Of a DNA stretch of 23,970 bases, positions 1 to 9,936 are shown piece after piece. The stretch is taken from IMG/VR virus record IMGVR_UViG_2681813429_000002; one strand, 5' to 3'. The number at the start of each line of letters is the position of its first letter. Positions within the stretch are counted from its first letter, which is position 1. Source of the stretch: a virus. Taxonomy: Duplodnaviria > Heunggongvirae > Uroviricota > Caudoviricetes. The position numbers and the translations under genes are program-made. Below the pieces are notes generated by a model. The model saw only the letters and a list, made by a program, of their open reading frames with translations. It was not told the DNA's origin and made no database searches.

Positions 1-399
1 CCTTTCATGAAAATACGCAAAAGTCGACACACGGCTGTAAGCCACACCCGCCATCGCATACGCGCTGAACCATTCATTCACGCGTACAGACGGCCCCGCC
101 ATCACGCTGAACCAGCGGTTACGCACGGAATCTTCATGCCAGCGGGTATCGCTGTAGCGCGTTTTTTGCTCATCCTCAGCATTGGCATAACTGAAGGACG
201 TAATCAGCCCCAGCGCGTCCGTAAACTCATAACGGTATTTCACGTTAATCCCGTTCAGATCATCACTACCGGGAACGTTCGTCGAGGCATGGAGATACCC
301 CGCGCTCAGCGTGGACTGATGTTCTGCTGCACTCGCTGGCGTAGCAGCGGCGACCTGCCAGACTACTGCGGACAAAATAACAGCACATAATTTACGCAT
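1..399 (-). CDS. lom: Lom/Ail/PagC-family outer membrane protein, N-terminal 133 codons only; 3' end lies beyond the window start
   Basis: Reverse complement of 361-399 reads ATG CGT AAA TTA TGT GCT GTT... = MRKLCAVILSAVV, followed by a signal-peptide-like stretch and beta-barrel-like sequence resembling lambda Lom. Position immediately downstream of J matches lambda. The plus-strand ORF 7..390 in the track is its antisense shadow. Confidence 0.85.
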   Translation of the reverse strand, partial: MRKLCAVILSAVVWQVAAATPASAAEHQSTLSAGYLHASTNVPGSDDLNGINVKYRYEFTDALGLITSFSYANAEDEQKTRYSDTRWHEDSVRNRWFSVMAGPSVRVNEWFSAYAMAGVAYSRVSTFAYFHER

Positions 400-422
400 A
401 ATTACCTCTCGCTTTTCTGCAA

Positions 423-447
423 TAAAAAAGGCGCCATTTCTGGCGCC
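423..447 (-). terminator. Rho-independent terminator-like hairpin between J stop and lom start
   Basis: Plus strand reads A-run, GGCGCC, loop ATTTCT, GGCGCC. On the minus strand this is a 6-bp GC stem followed by a T-run. Confidence 0.5.
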
Positions 448-466
448 CGTATCTGGGTTATAAAAT

Positions 467-3400
467 TCAGCTAATCGTGATGCCTGCAGTGGCTTTCTTC
501 ATCACCACAACCAGCAAATCGCTGATACTTGCTGTGGGATACCAGTTATTTACCAGCCATGCTGACACCGAAAACTCCAGTGTCATGTGACCGTGACCGG
601 CAGGCATATCAATAACACCACTGTAAATCAGCGTATTATCCAGCGCGGTACGGTTATAAATTTCAGCACCGTTTTTCCGCACTATCAGACGGCATGAGGA
701 GTAAATATCAGTATGCTCTTTCTCATGTTTAGCGCCGCTGAATGCCACCGCCGGAATAACAATCTGCCGGTCAAACGGCTGATCGTCATAAACCCTGACG
801 GTAATGGTTCCTGATGGCCACCGCTCCGGTGCACGGGAGTCCCGGGGGAAAGCTTTGCCCACTGTTTTAACGAGATCGCCTTCAATCTGGTTCGCGGACA
901 ATTTTCCCAGAACCCGACAGTTCTCGTTAATCGTGACGTTGTTGAGCGTCCCGGAGTTCGCATTCACGTTACCGCTGATATCGGCATTTTTCGCCGTCAG
1001 CCGCCCGTCCGGTGTCAGGGAAAATGCCGGAGGATTACCGCCGCTGGTAATGGTGGGAGCCGTCAGATATTTCAGGAACACTTCATTCATAAATATCTGA
1101 TCGCCCTGACCAACAAACATCGGCTTTGTGTTGCCATTCGCAGGATTAATCATCGCAATCCTGTCTGCCGCCAGCAGCACCTGACTCTGCATTCCTGCTG
1201 GCGTATTCTCAATACCGGCACCGATACCCGCAATATAAAGGCGTCCGTCCTGCATCTGCTGCAGTTTCACGGCCCACATGCTGTTCAGGTTATTATTTGT
1301 ATCAACCTGAACTTTCTGTATCTGCTGGATTGCCGCACTCTGATTTTCCAGTTTTTTATTGACGGTCTGCGTGATTTCATTGCTGACATTCGTAATGGAC
1401 GTCCTGATTTCAGCCAGGTCCGGCGCAAGCTGACCGTTATCAATCTGCGTCCACAGCTCCTGGGCCAGATGTGTTTTCCCGATTTCTCCTTTGAAAAAAT
1501 CCAGGTAACCTTCCGCATCATCGCTCGCCCGACCGACAGCCTCCACGAATGCCGATTTGCCAACAGTATTCACACTGCGGATATAAAAATAATAATCATG
1601 GCCCGGTTTGATATTGATACTGGCAGCTATCCAGTACAGCGCCGAGCCAAGATAGCGGGCTGCGGTTTCAACCTGCCTGATATCCGCAATCCGCTTTTCC
1701 GAGAACCAGAACTCAAACTGTACCGTCGGGTCATAAACGGCAAGATGTGGCGTTGCGGTTATCTGAAAATAGCCCGGCGTCAGCTCAATCCGCGACGGTG
1801 CTGCCGGTGCGGCAATCCGGAAGGTGGTGGTGGCAGGTTCACCCTGCTGGCCATAGCTGTTTATCGCCCGCACCGTCAGGGTGTATTCCCCGAGCGGCAG
1901 GCCGCTGAAACGGTGCTCCGTGTCTGCGGTGATGGCGGTGGTCACCAGTCTGGCATCCGTTCCCTTACCACTGGTCAGGCGCAGACTGAAGCGCACACCC
2001 TTCACCACCCGCGGCGTGTCCCATTTCGCCTGCGCCAGATACTGGCCGTCAGCTGCGCTCACCTCCACCGTCAGGTGCTGCACTGCCGGTGGGATGACGC
2101 TGTTCAGGGAACCTGACTGCGGCTCAAAGCGGGCACCGTTATCCACGATGGCTTCTTTTTCCGGTACGTGCTGCACCGCCGTGATGGCAAAGGTGCCGTC
2201 CGTGTTTTCCCGGATGGAGACACAGCGGAACAGGCGACGGCGCAGTGACGGCAGGGAGAGTCCCCACACCCCGTATGTCTCCACACCATCAGGCAGGGTA
2301 CTGACCTGTATCCGGTCCGGCGCGGGGTGTGCGGTGATGTCCACACTCACCGGCTTACCGCTGCCGTTAATCAGGTTCACCGCCGATGTACCTGTCTCCG
2401 GCAGGGTAACCTCACGGTCCAGCGTCAGGGTGCGGGTGGCAGCATCAATGGACAGGACACGTCCGCCGGTCAGGGTCCCGGCATAGTCATTATCACAGAT
2501 TTCAATAATGTCACCGGGTGTGTGCCGCAGCCCCTGAGACCCGAGCGTGAAATCCACCGTCTGCGTTTCCAGCAGTTCGGTCTTTATCACCCACAGTCCG
2601 GCACGGTGGGCCTGACCGCGGCTGGTACAGCCGAACGCGTCCATCTTCAGCAGGTTGCGTCCGTAGCGCAGTATGGCTTCCGGGTCTTCCACCAGTTCCG
2701 TGGAGGTCTGCCAGCCGTTCTGCGGGTCGGTGTAATTCACCTCCACCGCCGTGTGCCGGTCCTTCAGGGCACTGAAGCTGTAGCGGAATCCCACGCCGTT
2801 ATCATCCACCACCACATCGCTGTTGGTGTACGGCCACACCACATCCGACGGGCGGTCCTGAACGAACGTCAGCGTCTGACCGTTCCATACCGGCATACAG
2901 CGCATCGCAGAGCAGAAATCACTGAGAACGTCCCACGCCTTACGCTGTTGTGCCAGGTACGCATTAAAGGTCATCCGCGGCTCGGTCCCCCCGAAACCAT
3001 CCGGGACCGTCTGGTCGCAGTACTGCCCGATGGCATACAGCGCCCACTTGTCCACATCCGCCGCCCCCAGACGTTTTCCCATGCCGTAGCGCGGGTGAGT
3101 CAGCATGTCCCACAGACACCAGGCCGGGTTGTTGCTGTATGCCGGTTTCAGACTGCCGTCCCAGATACCACTATACGTGCGTTTTTCCGGGTCATAGTTT
3201 GACGGCACCTGGATGATGCGACCGCGGATATGGTAGTTCACCGTCATCTGCTGGCCGCCGAACTGCTCCGCATCCACCTGCAGCCCCACAATGGCCGTGT
3301 TCGGGTAGCACTGTTTCACATCGATGATTTCGGTGTATGACGACCACAGCGTCTTATTCTGCAGCTGGTCCGTGGTGCTGTCCGCCGTCTCCCTGACCAT

Positions 3401-3940
3401 CCGGATGTTAAAGGGCCGGGGAGGCAGATTATCCAGAATCACCGAGGCCAGGAACTGTGAGGTGGTCTTGCCGTTAATGGTGACGTCCTTTTCTGTCACC
3501 CAGTTACCGTTACGCTGTAACTGAATCAGCAGGCGGACGGATGCCGGGTTACGGTCACCCTTTGAGGTGGTCTCCACCAGTGACTGCACCCCGAAGGTAA
3601 CCCGCAGGCGGTCAATGTTCGCGGACGTAATGGTGCGCGTCACCGGTTTTGCCTTCGTCACTTCCACGCCCAGTCCGGTTTCAGCTCCGGAGGACTCAAA
3701 GCCTTCCGGTGGTGTCTGCTCCTGCTCCCCGGCGCGCCAGACCGCCGTCACACCGTGTATCACGGGATTGCCGTCCGTGTCCGTCAGTGGGGTTTTGTTC
3801 ACCAGAATACTCTGCAGTCCCTTCACCGGACCTTCTATCGGTCCCTCACCAATCGCATCAATCACGCTCATCATCTGCGTGGATTTGAGATTATCCTTCG
3901 CCTCACGAGGCGTGTGTGCCTTACCGCCACCTTTTCCCAT
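467..3940 (-). CDS. J: Host specificity / central tail fibre protein J (1157 aa)
   Basis: Near-collinear similarity to lambda gpJ along most of its length (N-terminus [21 protein letters not shown]..., internal [31 protein letters not shown]). SD GGGGAAGG precedes the ATG at 3938-3940. The last ~40 residues diverge from lambda. Confidence 0.95.
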   Translation of the reverse strand: MGKGGGKAHTPREAKDNLKSTQMMSVIDAIGEGPIEGPVKGLQSILVNKTPLTDTDGNPVIHGVTAVWRAGEQEQTPPEGFESSGAETGLGVEVTKAKPVTRTITSANIDRLRVTFGVQSLVETTSKGDRNPASVRLLIQLQRNGNWVTEKDVTINGKTTSQFLASVILDNLPPRPFNIRMVRETADSTTDQLQNKTLWSSYTEIIDVKQCYPNTAIVGLQVDAEQFGGQQMTVNYHIRGRIIQVPSNYDPEKRTYSGIWDGSLKPAYSNNPAWCLWDMLTHPRYGMGKRLGAADVDKWALYAIGQYCDQTVPDGFGGTEPRMTFNAYLAQQRKAWDVLSDFCSAMRCMPVWNGQTLTFVQDRPSDVVWPYTNSDVVVDDNGVGFRYSFSALKDRHTAVEVNYTDPQNGWQTSTELVEDPEAILRYGRNLLKMDAFGCTSRGQAHRAGLWVIKTELLETQTVDFTLGSQGLRHTPGDIIEICDNDYAGTLTGGRVLSIDAATRTLTLDREVTLPETGTSAVNLINGSGKPVSVDITAHPAPDRIQVSTLPDGVETYGVWGLSLPSLRRRLFRCVSIRENTDGTFAITAVQHVPEKEAIVDNGARFEPQSGSLNSVIPPAVQHLTVEVSAADGQYLAQAKWDTPRVVKGVRFSLRLTSGKGTDARLVTTAITADTEHRFSGLPLGEYTLTVRAINSYGQQGEPATTTFRIAAPAAPSRIELTPGYFQITATPHLAVYDPTVQFEFWFSEKRIADIRQVETAARYLGSALYWIAASINIKPGHDYYFYIRSVNTVGKSAFVEAVGRASDDAEGYLDFFKGEIGKTHLAQELWTQIDNGQLAPDLAEIRTSITNVSNEITQTVNKKLENQSAAIQQIQKVQVDTNNNLNSMWAVKLQQMQDGRLYIAGIGAGIENTPAGMQSQVLLAADRIAMINPANGNTKPMFVGQGDQIFMNEVFLKYLTAPTITSGGNPPAFSLTPDGRLTAKNADISGNVNANSGTLNNVTINENCRVLGKLSANQIEGDLVKTVGKAFPRDSRAPERWPSGTITVRVYDDQPFDRQIVIPAVAFSGAKHEKEHTDIYSSCRLIVRKNGAEIYNRTALDNTLIYSGVIDMPAGHGHMTLEFSVSAWLVNNWYPTASISDLLVVVMKKATAGITIS

Positions 3941-4044
3941 ACAGCCTTCCCCTGAATAAATTAACCGCCACTTGCCATTCCGTACAGAAGTCGGATATCC
4001 TTCGCCCGAAAAGCATGAAACACATTTCTGCCATGCTAAAGAGA

Positions 4045-4078
4045 AACCCCGGTATCAGCAGATACCGGGGTTTTCTTT
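4045..4078. terminator. Strong hairpin (12-bp stem AACCCCGGTATC / GATACCGGGGTT, loop AGCA) with U-rich tracts on both sides; bidirectional terminator-like
   Basis: Perfect inverted repeat read directly from the sequence, followed by TTTTCTTT on the plus strand and TCTCTTT on the minus strand. Confidence 0.45.
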
Positions 4079-4145
4079 CATGCCCACCGATAATCCTGTT
4101 GGTTAAAACCGGTAATGGCATAAAAATTCTGAATATCTTCACATT

Positions 4146-4173
4146 TTCACACACTGACTGTGGCGCTTATAAT
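4146..4173 (+). promoter_or_regulatory. Candidate sigma70 promoter (TTCACA, 16-nt spacer, TATAAT)
   Basis: -35 TTCACA at 4146-4151 and perfect -10 TATAAT at 4168-4173, inside a 340-bp I-J intergenic insert that lambda lacks. Confidence 0.3.
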
Positions 4174-4179
4174 TTCGCT

Positions 4180-4278
4180 GCGTTAGTGTTTTTTTGCCCG
4201 AGTAACAAAAACAACTCCTTAACATTGATCTTCATTTGTCTGTCCCCGCAGCTCCGCGATCACTGCGGGATTTTTTTA
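4180..4278 (+). ncRNA. Candidate ~100-nt plus-strand small RNA, ending in an intrinsic terminator (7-bp stem CCCGCAG / CTGCGGG at 4245-4269, then T7 at 4271-4277)
   Basis: Promoter-like element upstream, GC stem plus T7 downstream, no RBS-preceded ORF, and a CA-rich stretch ACAAAAACAAC. Inferred from sequence architecture only. Confidence 0.3.
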
Positions 4279-4282
4279 TGTT

Positions 4283-4963
4283 TTATCCCTGTCGCCCGAT
4301 AACCACGACCGTTCCGCCCCCGCCTTCATCACGGGTGCTGATGTCCTGGGATATACGGCGGGAGCCAACCAGCATTTCCCCGTAAGGCACCGGCATCGGG
4401 TTCCCCTGGGCAATCATGTTATCCAGCGAGGAAAAGTACGTGTTCTGTCTGCCGTTATCCGTTGCGCGGTAATCCGGTGTTTTTGCCTTCGGGGCCAGCA
4501 TCTGGGCCACACCGCCCAGAATCATGCTGGCTCCAAGTGAAAACAGCATCGTGGTGGCAGAAAAACCACCGGCTGCCAGGGCTGAACCCCATAACGCCAT
4601 TGATGCCCCGGCAGTGAAGAAAGAGCCCACGATGGCTGCCGCCCCCAGCACAATCTGCAGTCCACCCTTTCCGGCCCCGGCCAGTCGCGGCACAATATGG
4701 ATGACCGTTCCCTCACCCAGCTGTTCGTGAAGACGGGCGTACACCGCCTCCGGTGCCGTGTCATAACCGGCAATACGTATCTGGTACCAGCCTTCGTTCA
4801 TCTGACGGCGAAAGCCCGGCACCTGTAACGACAGCGCCCGGATGGCTTCCGCTGCCGTGTTCACATACAGGCTGAGGCGGCGGCCAAATCGTTGTAAATC
4901 CCCGTGAAGGCAGATGCGTGCCAGTGGCGGTGACGCCAGACAGAATGCGTTCGTCGTTGCCAT
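4283..4963 (-). CDS. I: Tail assembly protein I (226 aa)
   Basis: Strong similarity to lambda gpI (ARICLHGDLQRFGRR..., C-terminal Gly/Ala-rich hydrophobic segment). Its 5' end overlaps the 3' end of K, as in lambda. Confidence 0.9.
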   Translation of the reverse strand: MATTNAFCLASPPLARICLHGDLQRFGRRLSLYVNTAAEAIRALSLQVPGFRRQMNEGWYQIRIAGYDTAPEAVYARLHEQLGEGTVIHIVPRLAGAGKGGLQIVLGAAAIVGSFFTAGASMALWGSALAAGGFSATTMLFSLGASMILGGVAQMLAPKAKTPDYRATDNGRQNTYFSSLDNMIAQGNPMPVPYGEMLVGSRRISQDISTRDEGGGGTVVVIGRQG

Positions 4964-5604
4964 TTTTCGGAATACCTCTCCCGTTTACTCAGTTGTTCAG
5001 GCAGATGGTGAAGCAGCTCACCGTTGCCGCAGTAAATGGCGGCATGGTTCGGTACCGAAGCACCAAAGCAGCACAGCAGAATATCGCCCGCCTGTGCAGA
5101 GGACAGGGGCACCCGGTAAAAGCCGGTGACCGCCATATTGTCCAGGTAAAGGTTCTGACCGTTGCGCCACCAGTCATCCTCGCGATGAAAATCCGGCATT
5201 TCAGTCCCCGCCAGATGATAAGCATCCCGGAACAGCGTGTAACAGTCCGTCACCCCGTGCTCAAAGCGCCGTCCTGTCAGATGTGGCACACAGCGGAATT
5301 TGTGAATGTCACCCCGGCAGACCAGCCACCAGGGCAGTGCGCTTTTTATCTGCAGCCGCCGGTCAGCCTCGCTCAGCCAGGGCAGCCCACCGGGATGACT
5401 GTGGACCAGTGCCACAATCTCCCCCTGCATCTCTGCCCGCAGCCAGTCTTCCGGTGCGATACGAAAATACGCCTCCGGCTCTGCAGAAATATTCACACAA
5501 GGGATATACCACTCCCCCTCCGACGTGCTTATCACGAAGCCGCACGACTCCGCAGGCGCACACCGCCGGGCATGCGCCAGAATCGCTGATTCAGTCTGTG
5601 TCAT
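4861..5604 (-). CDS. K: Tail assembly protein K (MPN/JAB plus NlpC/P60-like), 247 aa
   Basis: Start moved to the internal ATG at 5602-5604 (MTQTESAILAHARRC...), matching the lambda gpK N-terminus. Contains the HSHPGG motif. The 334-aa track ORF is an upstream in-frame extension. Confidence 0.9.
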   Translation of the reverse strand: MTQTESAILAHARRCAPAESCGFVISTSEGEWYIPCVNISAEPEAYFRIAPEDWLRAEMQGEIVALVHSHPGGLPWLSEADRRLQIKSALPWWLVCRGDIHKFRCVPHLTGRRFEHGVTDCYTLFRDAYHLAGTEMPDFHREDDWWRNGQNLYLDNMAVTGFYRVPLSSAQAGDILLCCFGASVPNHAAIYCGNGELLHHLPEQLSKRERYSEKWQRRTHSVWRHRHWHASAFTGIYNDLAAASACM

Positions 5605-5614
5605 AAACCGGGAT

Positions 5615-6313
5615 TTACTGCGAAAGTTTATTAATGGAAAGGAAACCGCCAAAATTGCCGACATTCCTGCGCAGTTCACACCCGCGCATGCACTTGCTGC
5701 ATCTGTCCTTACGGATATCCGTGGTGGGGTTGTCGAACTCATCCGCCACCGCAGGACCGTTATACCCGCATTCATCTCCCCGGTAATCCCACATACAGGT
5801 GTTCGCCAGCATGATGCGACCGGGAAACAGCGCCCCATCCGTCTCGGTCGGTGTAGCCAGCACAAACGAGGCCGTCATGGCTGTCAGCTGCGACATCTGC
5901 TCCACCACCCAGCGGTCACTCAGCTCCTGCTCCGGGTCCGCCTCCGGATTGCCCGCAACGAAATTCACCGCATCCAGAAAACGGGCATACACCCGGCGGC
6001 GGACCACCGTGGCCCCCACCAGACTCTGCAGGTCTTCCGCCATCCCGGTGACCAGACCGAACAGATTGGACACCGTCAGCGACGGTCTGGCACTGCTGCC
6101 CTTCCCGCTCATCTCAAAACCGCTGCCGTCAATCGGGTATGCCTGATATTGCCGCCCCTGCCAGGTGACCGGCTCCCCTTTTTCATTCAGCTCATTACAG
6201 AAAAAATACCGCTCACCGCCCTGTACCGTCAGGTCGATTTCCCAGAGTACCACCCGCGGTGACTGCTCTGACTTAACCGACTCGTTCAGACTTTCTTCGC
6301 GAATATCCTGCAT
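5615..6313 (-). CDS. L: Minor tail protein L (232 aa)
   Basis: Same length as lambda gpL and similar throughout. Start overlaps the M stop (TGATG on the minus strand). Confidence 0.9.
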   Translation of the reverse strand: MQDIREESLNESVKSEQSPRVVLWEIDLTVQGGERYFFCNELNEKGEPVTWQGRQYQAYPIDGSGFEMSGKGSSARPSLTVSNLFGLVTGMAEDLQSLVGATVVRRRVYARFLDAVNFVAGNPEADPEQELSDRWVVEQMSQLTAMTASFVLATPTETDGALFPGRIMLANTCMWDYRGDECGYNGPAVADEFDNPTTDIRKDRCSKCMRGCELRRNVGNFGGFLSINKLSQ

Positions 6314-6654
6314 CAGTTCACCACCTGCTCAATCGTACAACTGAAATCACTGTGCCTGGCGTTATCTGTGACGCTCCACTCCCGGCACACCACCCTCACC
6401 GTCAGGTTATGTTTCGGCGGTCGCCACAAAAAGGCACGGTAACCACCATGCCACGATAAAAATTCATCCAGCCAGCGCCGGGTTGGTTCATCCGTCACCC
6501 GGAACACCGCCTGAAACGTCTTCAGTCTGGCATTAAGTCCCGTCGGTCGGCGCTGTTCATAACCGTCACCAAACCGAACCCTCACCACCGACGGTTTCTC
6601 ACTCACCTGCATCCCTTCACGCGGGACCAGATGCAGCGTTTTTATCTCAGCCAC
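6313..6654 (-). CDS. M: Minor tail protein M (113 aa)
   Basis: Similarity to lambda gpM (VRFGDGY.QR, C-terminal EQVVN) and conserved position between H and L. Confidence 0.85.
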   Translation of the reverse strand: MAEIKTLHLVPREGMQVSEKPSVVRVRFGDGYEQRRPTGLNARLKTFQAVFRVTDEPTRRWLDEFLSWHGGYRAFLWRPPKHNLTVRVVCREWSVTDNARHSDFSCTIEQVVN

Positions 6655-9600
6655 TCAGCATTCCTCCGTCACGTCGCATGGACAGCATCACCGCCTGCAC
6701 CCGCTGGTCAATCAGCTGCACAAGACTGCCTGCCGCCTCCGCCCCTATCTGTCCGTTAGCCCCGTCATTCTGAATGGCGATGTGGTAGACCGGGGAATAC
6801 ACCAGACCGGCACTGCCGTTCATACTGCCCACCGCGCGTACGCCCAGCGAGCCATCCGCCGCCCGGGTCAGGGGCATAATGGCTTCAGGTCCGGCTTCCC
6901 CCATCAGCCCGGCCCCTTTTGCAAACGCAAAGTACGTGGGCGTGTCCACAATGCTGTTGCTGTACGCACTCAGGTTTGCCGAGGTATACACGCCGCCTTT
7001 TGCATTGGCCACCGCACCGCCCAGCCAGTCACCAATGCTGCCAATAAATCCTCCCGCACCGGACATACCGTTTGCCGCCGTCTTAATTCCGTTGACAATC
7101 GCAGCATTCATAAGAACTTTTGAGATTTCCTGCAGTACGGATGAGGCCCAGTTGCGCCATTCCACTTTGTTTCCGTTCAGCATCTCCGTGATGTTATTCA
7201 CCATCCCTGAGATACCCTCCGTCGCAAGCTGTGCTGCCTGTGAGGCGTAATCGGATGCATTGTCCACCCAGTTACTGAGCCCCTCCTGCAAGCCTTTCTG
7301 CCAGTCCGCACGCTGCGCATCCGATTCGGCATAAAAGGCTGCCTGGTCCTTAAGGCGTTCGCTCAGATACTGCGCGTTCTGTGCCCGTGCCTGTCTGTAA
7401 AAATCCTCACTGATATCCCCGGTCTGATACTGAGACTGAAGGTCCGCATCCTTCTGGCGGAAGCTGTCACGGATCTGCTGCAACTCCCGCATGCGTTCCC
7501 TGGCTCGTTCTCCCTGCCCGTATCCCAGCAGTTCGGCTTCATTTGATGCACGCGCAGCCACATTATCATTCTTCAGGGTCTCTTCCCGGGATCGCAACTG
7601 TTCCCGGATTTTTTGCTGGTCAATCAGGGCCGCGTTACGCAGCAGTTCCTGCTTCTGCATCTCCGTCAGGGTTTTCAGTTCGCCCTGCGCAGTCTGGTAC
7701 TTCAGCTTCGCCAGCTCTGTATTCTGACCCGCCAGTGCCAGTTGCTCTTTCTGCTGCTTCAGTAGCCGGGAAAAACTGTCTTCCGCTTTTTCCGTCTCTG
7801 ATTTTCCACCCCGGGATTTAGGTTTGTTCGCCTCGTTATTACGCCAGGCTTCCAGAGCATTACTGATATAACGCTGTCTCGCCTCCTGATACGAATCCCC
7901 CACAAAACCAAGGTCATCCGCCGCATACCCCAGCCGGGCACGCTCTTTTTCCTCCCCCTTCAGTCGGGACAGGGCCAGCTCACGTTCTGTTTTTGTCAGG
8001 GCGCTCTGCTGTTTATCATCCAGGGTGGCCTGCGGCAGCCGTAACGGTACATTCACCAGTCCCTGACGCTGCTGAAGCAGTTCATTCCCCAGCCCCAGCA
8101 GACGGTTGAATTCCGTATGCTGACCGTTCATAACCAGCATGGACTGGTACACCTTATTCTGCTCTGCCGCCTGCTGACGAATTAACGCCACACGACGGTC
8201 TTCCAGCCCGGCAAGCACATCCTGAATGGACTGCGCTTTTTCCTGCATCTGTGCCAGACGGGACTGCTCAACGGCAAGCTGCTCTGTTGCCTGAGAAAGC
8301 CCTTCCGTCACGGTCTTCACCGATGTCAGATGGTTTATCATGAATCCGTCACCGGTTGTCCAGCCAGGGTTAGCCAGAACATACTGATATCCAGCGATTT
8401 TTTCCTGCAGGGATTTCACCCGGCTGGCCTGTTCATCAATCAGCCGGTTCTGCTCTGCCAGCGCCGCCCGTGTTCGTCCTTCATTATCTGAGGCTTCAGG
8501 CAAAGACATTGACGGCGTTTTATGCGCGATTTCATCTATCGTCAGTGCATACTGGCGCGCTGACTCCCTGGCCTGCTCCTGATTCTGGTACAGCGTATAC
8601 CATGCTGCTGCCCCCAGCATCACCAGTCCGGGTACGCCACCAACCAGTCCCAACGCACCAGTCATCAGACGTGAGCCCACCGCCGTTGTACTGTTCAGCT
8701 CATTCTGGGCTGCGGTTCTGGCAGCAATATTTCTGTTCAGGCGTTCCTGTGTGGCCGCCAGACGGGCTTCTGCAGCAATCTGCATCTCCGTCCCGCGGGC
8801 TGCCGCCACAGCCTGCTGTGCACGGTACACGGCTGCCCTTGCCCGCGCCGTGGCAATCTGCGTCCCCCTGAGCTGTGCTTCCGCCAGTGCCACTTCATTA
8901 CGTGCTGCCGTCACAAGTCCTGCCGTGGCAGACACCGCTCCGGAGGCCATATTGCCAAAGTACCGGGCAACCCCGACGGCAACCAGCGCCCCCGCGGCTG
9001 TTGCCACATTATCAATATTACCGGCAACACCGTTCAGCACGCCGGAGAGCGTTTTCGTCGCTCCGCTGGCTTCATTCGCGCCACCCACCCAGGCCATAAA
9101 GGCGTTTTCCACCTTTGTGATCCCGTCAGAGACCGTTTCCGGCATGGCGGCATATTCATCACGCAATACCCCCAGCTGGCTGATTAACGCAGGAACGACT
9201 TTATCCGCCGTCAGTTTGCCGTCGTCCGCCATCGCCTTAAGGTCTTTACGGGCCACGCCCATACCCGCAGCCAGTGCACGTACGATCCGGTCTCCGCTTT
9301 CATTGACCGAATTAAATTCCTCACCGCGTAACACACCCTGTGCCAGCGCCTGGCTGAACTGGGTGATCACCGAGCCCGCCTCTGCCGTACTGGCACCGGA
9401 GATTTTCAGCCCCGTGGAAATGGCCTCCGTCACCTTCAGCACATCATCAGCACTGTAACCATATTCACGCATTGAGGCTGCCGAGCGGGCAAACAGGGCC
9501 GCATTATCTGAAAATGCCGTGCCCGTCCGCTGGCTGATATCCATCAGCACTTTCTGTGATGACGAAAATTCATCGGATGACTGCGACGCCTGTTTCAGTC

Positions 9601-9889
9601 GGGCATTCACGGAACTCCATTCATCGGCCAGAGAAATCAGGTGTCCGGTGGCAAAGGCACCTGCAAATGCCCCCGCCGTTCCGGCAGCTGAAGCGCGGAT
9701 TTCCGTCAACTGGCTGTTCAGCTCAGCCAGGGCGCGTCGCTGCACCCGGGCGACTGCGGCAGCCTGACGCCCGCCATTCTGCAGGGTCCGGTAATATTCA
9801 CTGCCCATGCGGGAAGCCCGCTGGATCTCCGACTGGAATGACTGCGAATTTGCCGAAATTTTGATAATCAGTTCACGTAACGTCGCCAT
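6647..9889 (-). CDS. H: Tail tape measure protein H (1080 aa)
   Basis: Very long Ala/Gln-rich coiled-coil-like protein between the G-T chaperone and M. SD GGAGAAAGGTGA precedes the ATG at 9887-9889. Confidence 0.9.
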   Translation of the reverse strand: MATLRELIIKISANSQSFQSEIQRASRMGSEYYRTLQNGGRQAAAVARVQRRALAELNSQLTEIRASAAGTAGAFAGAFATGHLISLADEWSSVNARLKQASQSSDEFSSSQKVLMDISQRTGTAFSDNAALFARSAASMREYGYSADDVLKVTEAISTGLKISGASTAEAGSVITQFSQALAQGVLRGEEFNSVNESGDRIVRALAAGMGVARKDLKAMADDGKLTADKVVPALISQLGVLRDEYAAMPETVSDGITKVENAFMAWVGGANEASGATKTLSGVLNGVAGNIDNVATAAGALVAVGVARYFGNMASGAVSATAGLVTAARNEVALAEAQLRGTQIATARARAAVYRAQQAVAAARGTEMQIAAEARLAATQERLNRNIAARTAAQNELNSTTAVGSRLMTGALGLVGGVPGLVMLGAAAWYTLYQNQEQARESARQYALTIDEIAHKTPSMSLPEASDNEGRTRAALAEQNRLIDEQASRVKSLQEKIAGYQYVLANPGWTTGDGFMINHLTSVKTVTEGLSQATEQLAVEQSRLAQMQEKAQSIQDVLAGLEDRRVALIRQQAAEQNKVYQSMLVMNGQHTEFNRLLGLGNELLQQRQGLVNVPLRLPQATLDDKQQSALTKTERELALSRLKGEEKERARLGYAADDLGFVGDSYQEARQRYISNALEAWRNNEANKPKSRGGKSETEKAEDSFSRLLKQQKEQLALAGQNTELAKLKYQTAQGELKTLTEMQKQELLRNAALIDQQKIREQLRSREETLKNDNVAARASNEAELLGYGQGERARERMRELQQIRDSFRQKDADLQSQYQTGDISEDFYRQARAQNAQYLSERLKDQAAFYAESDAQRADWQKGLQEGLSNWVDNASDYASQAAQLATEGISGMVNNITEMLNGNKVEWRNWASSVLQEISKVLMNAAIVNGIKTAANGMSGAGGFIGSIGDWLGGAVANAKGGVYTSANLSAYSNSIVDTPTYFAFAKGAGLMGEAGPEAIMPLTRAADGSLGVRAVGSMNGSAGLVYSPVYHIAIQNDGANGQIGAEAAGSLVQLIDQRVQAVMLSMRRDGGMLSG

Positions 9890-9906
9890 TCACCTTTCTC
9901 CGGGCG

Positions 9907-9928
9907 TAAAAAAACCGCCTCAGCGGTT
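9907..9928 (-). terminator. Hairpin terminator/attenuator between the T stop and H start (A7, AACCGC, loop CTCA, GCGGTT on the plus strand)
   Basis: 6-bp stem with an A7 run on the plus strand, so a T-run follows the stem on the minus strand. Near-identical to the element at 17562-17582. Confidence 0.4.
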
Positions 9929-9936
9929 CTCATCAT

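Noticed and set aside
7-390. Plus-strand 127-aa ORF at the window start
   Set aside because: Antisense shadow of the lom gene; lom on the minus strand has a clear start, signal-peptide-like N-terminus and family resemblance.
1469-3202. Long plus-strand ORFs (215, 201, 291 aa) inside the J region, and similar plus-strand ORFs inside H (6782-9458), the portal (13231-14203, 14779-15357) and the capsid and terminase genes (16109-17002, 17613-19636)
   Set aside because: They lie antisense to confidently identified structural genes in GC-rich DNA, lack SD sequences and have low-complexity Arg/Pro/His-rich translations typical of antisense frames.
3916-4302. 128-aa plus-strand ORF spanning the I-J intergenic insert
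   Set aside because: It reads through two terminator hairpins, has no SD and has a low-complexity translation; the region is better explained as non-coding (candidate sRNA).
4861-5865. 334-aa version of K
   Set aside because: The N-terminal 87 codons have no counterpart in lambda gpK and overlap L; the internal ATG at 5604 reproduces the lambda gpK N-terminus.
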